The position numbers and the translations under genes were made by a program. DNA of 64,000 nt from Cytophagales bacterium (GTDB lineage: Bacteria; Bacteroidota; Bacteroidia; Cytophagales; VRUD01): positions 9,717 to 73,716 of the forward strand of contig VRUD01000001.1 in the NCBI GenBank assembly GCA_019456305.1, written 5' to 3'. Within the stretch, counting starts at the first letter, position 1; each line of letters opens with the position of its first letter. Positions 60,471-64,000 of the stretch are shown here, one piece after another. The notes under the pieces are model-generated. The model ran no database searches. It worked only from the letters and a program-made list of their open reading frames with translations, and was not told the DNA's origin.

Positions 60471-61862
60471 TTATTTACTACCAACCATTTTCTCAGGTTT
60501 TACCCATTCATCAAACTGTTTATCAGTCACCAATCCAAGCCCGATAGCTGTTTCACGAAGCGTTTTACCCTCTTTGTGTGCTTTTTTAGCAATTTTAGCC
60601 GCGTTTTCATATCCTATATGGGTGTTCAATGCGGTTACAAGCATCAGGGAATTTTCAAGATTTTCCTTTATCACTGCTTCATTTGGCTTAATACTCACTG
60701 CACAGTTCTTATTGAATGAATCACAGGCATCTCCCAAAAGACGTGCAGAGGAAAGCAGGTTAAATATCATCATGGGTTTGAATACGTTTAGCTCAAAATG
60801 CCCGTTCATACCGCCCACATTGATGGCAGCATCATTACCGATCACCTGTGCACAGACCATTGTCAATGCCTCTGCCTGAGTAGGGTTTACCTTCCCGGGC
60901 ATAATGGATGACCCGGGTTCATTTTCAGGAATTAAAATTTCACCGATGCCGCACCTTGGTCCTGAAGCAAGCATACGGATATCATTGGCAATTTTCATCA
61001 GGCTCACAGCCAATTGTTTTAATGCTCCGGAAGTCTCTACAATAGCATCGTGTGCTGCTAAAGCTTCAAATTTGTTCTCAGCAGTTCGGAAGGGTAAACC
61101 GGTAAGTCCTGCGATCTTTTTAGCTACCAGTTCAGCAAAACCTTTCGGAGCATTTAAGCCTGTGCCCACAGCAGTGCCACCCAATGCCAACTCGCCCAGG
61201 TGGTCTAATGTATTATTTAATGCTTTTAATCCATGATCAATCTGTGATACATAACCTGAGAACTCCTGCCCCAACGTTAGAGGCGTAGCATCCATAAAGT
61301 GCGTTCTGCCGATCTTTACTACGTCCATAAATTTCTTTGTCTTCTCATCCAAAGTATTACGCAATTTCTTTACAAAAACGATCGTATTGTCTGTGATCAT
61401 TTTATATGCAGCAATGTGCATAGCGGTAGGAAATGTATCATTGGAGGATTGAGATTTATTTACATCATCATTGGGGTGGATCTTTTTTTTCTCATCATCT
61501 AATTTTCCGCCCAGCAAAACATGGGCTCTGTTGGCAATTACCTCATTCACATTCATATTTGTTTGTGTTCCTGATCCGGTCTGCCATACAACAAGGGGAA
61601 ATTGGTCATCATGTTTGCCTTCTGATATTTCATCACATACTTTCATGATAATATCTGCCTTATCTTTTGGGAGCGTTCCCAACTCACAATTCGTTTGAGC
61701 GGCAGCTTTTTTAAGAATTGCAAATGCGTAAATAATTTCAATGGGCATCTTTTGCCCTCCGATGGTGAAATTTTGTTTAGACCGTTGAGTTTGAGCGCCC
61801 CAATATTTATCAGACGGTACCTCCACTGTGCCCATGGTGTCTTTTTCCATTCTGGTATTCAT
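60471..61862 (-). CDS. fumC: Class II fumarate hydratase
   Basis: [13 protein letters not shown] signature loop and the EKDTMG..VP....YGAQTQRS start. 463 aa. Confidence 0.95.
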   Translation of the reverse strand: MNTRMEKDTMGTVEVPSDKYWGAQTQRSKQNFTIGGQKMPIEIIYAFAILKKAAAQTNCELGTLPKDKADIIMKVCDEISEGKHDDQFPLVVWQTGSGTQTNMNVNEVIANRAHVLLGGKLDDEKKKIHPNDDVNKSQSSNDTFPTAMHIAAYKMITDNTIVFVKKLRNTLDEKTKKFMDVVKIGRTHFMDATPLTLGQEFSGYVSQIDHGLKALNNTLDHLGELALGGTAVGTGLNAPKGFAELVAKKIAGLTGLPFRTAENKFEALAAHDAIVETSGALKQLAVSLMKIANDIRMLASGPRCGIGEILIPENEPGSSIMPGKVNPTQAEALTMVCAQVIGNDAAINVGGMNGHFELNVFKPMMIFNLLSSARLLGDACDSFNKNCAVSIKPNEAVIKENLENSLMLVTALNTHIGYENAAKIAKKAHKEGKTLRETAIGLGLVTDKQFDEWVKPEKMVGSK

Positions 61863-61867
61863 TGTTA

Positions 61868-62287
61868 TTAAGCTATTTGAAATTGCTCTGTTTGTATTTC
61901 TTTAAGTTTATATTCCACGGATAGTAATTGTATTGGTATTTTAAGTAACTTGCTCAAACCCCTGATATTATCCAGACTTAATCTCCTCTTAAGATTTAGT
62001 ATTTTGGAAATATTACCTTTATTACCAAATATCTCTATCAAATCCTTCGGTTCTTTTGATATTTGCTCCATTCTCATTTTAATCAGTGAAACAGGATGTG
62101 CTTTCGGCAATGGTTCTAATTTCTCATCCTCATTATCATACTTTGTAATCAAAAGTTTAAGTATCTGATACTCATTATATGCTACACTCCCTTTTGGCTT
62201 AGGTAAATCCATAAGCTCATCAATGCTTTTCAATGCGGCTATATATTCTTTTTTATTCTCTATTATTTTGAGTGAATTTGTCATCAT
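61868..62287 (-). CDS. HigA-2/COG5499-like HTH antitoxin (no toxin partner visible)
   Basis: N-terminal I.N..EY..AL..I..LMD pattern. C-terminal HTH ..[37 protein letters not shown]. It ends 5 nt upstream of fumC. Confidence 0.55.
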   Translation of the reverse strand: MMTNSLKIIENKKEYIAALKSIDELMDLPKPKGSVAYNEYQILKLLITKYDNEDEKLEPLPKAHPVSLIKMRMEQISKEPKDLIEIFGNKGNISKILNLKRRLSLDNIRGLSKLLKIPIQLLSVEYKLKEIQTEQFQIA

Positions 62288-62369
62288 ATTTGTTTATTTT
62301 TCGTAAAATTAGAAAAAATTATTCGTTTATTATCAATAAATTCATAACTTTACCCAAAATGTAATAGAT

Positions 62370-62609
62370 ATGGAATGGCAAGAACATATTCACTCTGACC
62401 CCAAGATTCGTTTAGGCAAGCCAGTCATTAAAGGAACCCGGCTTTCAGTAGATTTTCTATTGGGCTTATTTGCTTCCGGATGGACTGAAAAACAAGTATT
62501 GGATAATTATCCTGGTTTGAGTAAGGAAAATATTCAAGCGATTTTTGCATATGCCAAAGAATGTTTGGAAGATGGATTGTTATATGAATCACCTAAAGAG
62601 CATGATTAA
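62370..62609 (+). CDS. DUF433-domain protein (antitoxin-like)
   Basis: IHSDPKIRLGKPVIKGTRLSVDFLLGLFASGWTEKQVLDNYPGLSKENIQAIFAYA. Confidence 0.75.
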   Translation: MEWQEHIHSDPKIRLGKPVIKGTRLSVDFLLGLFASGWTEKQVLDNYPGLSKENIQAIFAYAKECLEDGLLYESPKEHD

Positions 62610-62962
62610 TGAAATTTTTAGCTGATGAAGATTTCCCTATCTTTGGTGTTAAGTTAATTGACAATACTGGGCATGATATAAGAAGTATACGAATTGATTC
62701 ACCTGGAATTGAAGATGAGGAAGTACTGGAATTAGCCTTGAAAGAAAAGAGAATAATTCTTACCTTTGACAAAGATTATGGGGAATTAATTTACCATAAA
62801 GGATATACACCTTCTCCTGGCTTGATTTTTTTCCGATTAATCACATATTATCCTCAAGAACCTGCTGAAATTTTACTAAAGTTAATTGAGCAAAAAACTA
62901 TCAAGTTAGAAAATATGTTTACAGTGGTTAAACGTAATAAGATCAGACAGCGCCCTTTGTGA
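62609..62962 (+). CDS. DUF5615-like PIN-fold protein (toxin-like partner of DUF433)
   Basis: MKFLADEDFP start and ..RIILTFDKDYGELIY. One-nt TAATG overlap with the DUF433 gene. Confidence 0.65.
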   Translation: MKFLADEDFPIFGVKLIDNTGHDIRSIRIDSPGIEDEEVLELALKEKRIILTFDKDYGELIYHKGYTPSPGLIFFRLITYYPQEPAEILLKLIEQKTIKLENMFTVVKRNKIRQRPL

Positions 62963-63036
62963 AATTTACGATAGTATTACTCTATCAACTACTTCCATAT
63001 AAGTTAGTAAGTTTACAGTTAAATCGATACAAGATA

Positions 63037-63261
63037 ATGCCCACAATGTGGAAAGACCATATCGTAAGCGATATAAAAATTTTAAAAGGTAAACCCTGTA
63101 TCAAAGGAACCAGGATACCTGTAGCTCTTATTTTAGGATATTTGGCTAATGGTAACACTTTTGAGGAAATATTAATTGAATTTCCTGGTCTTAAAAGAGA
63201 GCATATTGCAGCTTGCTTAGATTATGCACGTGAATTATCTGAATTTGAGATTGTAACTTGA
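63037..63261 (+). CDS. DUF433-domain protein (third copy)
   Basis: IVSDIKILKGKPCIKGTRIPVALILGYLANGNTFEEILIEFPGLKREHIAACLDYA. ATG at 63037. Confidence 0.7.
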   Translation: MPTMWKDHIVSDIKILKGKPCIKGTRIPVALILGYLANGNTFEEILIEFPGLKREHIAACLDYARELSEFEIVT

Positions 63262-63302
63262 TGAAATTAAGATTCTTTGCAGATCATTTTGTGAATTCGT
63301 AA
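63261..63302 (+). pseudogene. 13-codon stump of a DUF5615 gene cut off by a GTGAATTCGTAAATTCAC repeat
   Basis: TGATG overlap as in the intact pair. It reads MKLRFFADHFVNS* (compare MKFLADEDFP), and the stop lies inside the repeat words. Confidence 0.45.
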
Positions 63303-63350
63303 ATTCACAACTCGTAAAAAATAGGATTTTTTATTTATTAATTTTAAGTT

Positions 63351-63509
63351 ATGGAAACATTAAACATTTTATGCTTCAGCTTGCCGGGTGGTATGGAATG
63401 GATCATTATTATTGCAATTTTTTTAATTCCTATTGCAGTTTATTTGCCGTTTCTTCCTGTGTATCTAATTATATTGTTGATACGCTTCATAAAGAGAATC
63501 ATGAAGTAA
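63351..63509 (+). CDS. Possible 52-aa small membrane protein
   Basis: METLNILCFSLPGGMEWIIIIAIFLIPIAVYLPFLPVYLIILLIRFIKRIMK. It is below the ORF-track cutoff and the only support is hydrophobicity plus the ATG. Confidence 0.25.
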   Translation: METLNILCFSLPGGMEWIIIIAIFLIPIAVYLPFLPVYLIILLIRFIKRIMK

Positions 63510-63543
63510 TTTTTTATAAAGATATTTTTGTACCTTTCGAATA

Positions 63544-64000
63544 ATGCCCAAAACAAAAACCACCTTTTTCTGCCAAAACTGCGGAGCCCAATCGGCTAAA
63601 TGGATTGGTAAATGTCCTTCTTGCGAACAGTGGAATACCTATGTAGAAGAGATCATTCAGAAAGAAGACGGGAACGGGAAATCATCCTGGAGATCAGCTG
63701 CAAAATTCAAGGTATCCAGCAACAAGCCAAAAGTGATCAGCGAAATAAGTTATGATGGGGAAATAAGAATACAGGTTCCTGATAAGGAATTGAACAGGGT
63801 ATTAGGAGGCGGTATCGTGCCAGGATCTTTGGTGATGATCGGGGGTGAGCCGGGCATAGGGAAGTCAACACTGTTGTTGCAACTCGCATTAAAGCTCCAT
63901 GATCTGAAGATCTTGTATGTGACAGGTGAAGAAAGTGAGCAGCAGATCAAGATGCGGGCTGAGAGATTGAATAGCAGTGGCAGCAGCAGTCAAAATAATT
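63544..64000 (+). CDS. radA: DNA repair protein RadA/Sms (5' part, runs off right edge)
   Basis: N-terminal zinc ribbon CQNCG...KCPSCEQWN and Walker A GGEPGIGKSTLLLQ. It is absent from the ORF track because there is no stop in the window. Confidence 0.9.
   Translation, partial: MPKTKTTFFCQNCGAQSAKWIGKCPSCEQWNTYVEEIIQKEDGNGKSSWRSAAKFKVSSNKPKVISEISYDGEIRIQVPDKELNRVLGGGIVPGSLVMIGGEPGIGKSTLLLQLALKLHDLKILYVTGEESEQQIKMRAERLNSSGSSSQNN

Noticed and set aside
1-64000. I searched the intergenic regions by eye for tRNA, rRNA, tmRNA or riboswitch-like sequences.
   Set aside because: I recognised no cloverleaf-compatible or rRNA-like sequence. The structured intergenic DNA is accounted for by the palindromic repeat families. 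A cmscan or tRNAscan run would be needed to be sure.

Overview
The window looks like a Bacteroidota chromosome segment. Evidence: several proteins end in T9SS C-terminal sorting domains, TAnnTTTG -7 boxes sit upstream of genes, there are many SCKK-type lipoproteins, and the sequence is AT-rich by eye. I support about 50 genes. Housekeeping genes: acyl-CoA ligase, NhaC antiporter, rseP, dxr, pterin dehydratase, Nfu/NifU, lpdA, fabG, preA, ABC ATPase plus permease-M1 peptidase fusion, tadA, SOD, uvrB, aroE, DUF368, comA-like, SDR epimerase, kmo, fumC, radA. Accessory material is interleaved: a 1803-aa thioester alpha-2-macroglobulin lipoprotein, two T9SS surface proteins, a frameshifted TPR-PD40-OmpA gene, paralogous lipocalin-like lipoproteins, and at least seven toxin-antitoxin-like modules (DUF4258/DUF2283, DUF433 x3, MNT/HEPN, AbiEii, PIN, HigA-like, DUF5615). 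I saw no rRNA, tRNA, CRISPR array, or intact transposase or integrase. The most unusual property is an extremely dense set of small palindromic/hairpin repeat families. These include the core CCCGAGTACTCGGG (10 copies), AGACGCCCAAATTGGGCGTCT, GTCRGGTG-TTTC-CACCYGAC and ...GTGGCA-ended hairpins. Their arms are often tandem 7-9 nt words, and elements are nested inside one another's loops. At least ten copies lie inside intact ORFs without breaking the frame, which resembles Rickettsia RPEs. One ~80-bp element encodes the same peptide in two unrelated enzymes, Nfu and an SDR epimerase. Other traces of mobility are a relic REP-associated tyrosine transposase (RAYT-like HUH motif) next to REP-like hairpins, a 90-bp MITE in two identical copies (one with a 12-bp target duplication that rewrites the C-terminus of an OMP), and several mosaic duplications. 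All functional calls come from reading motifs in the translations; no database search was possible.
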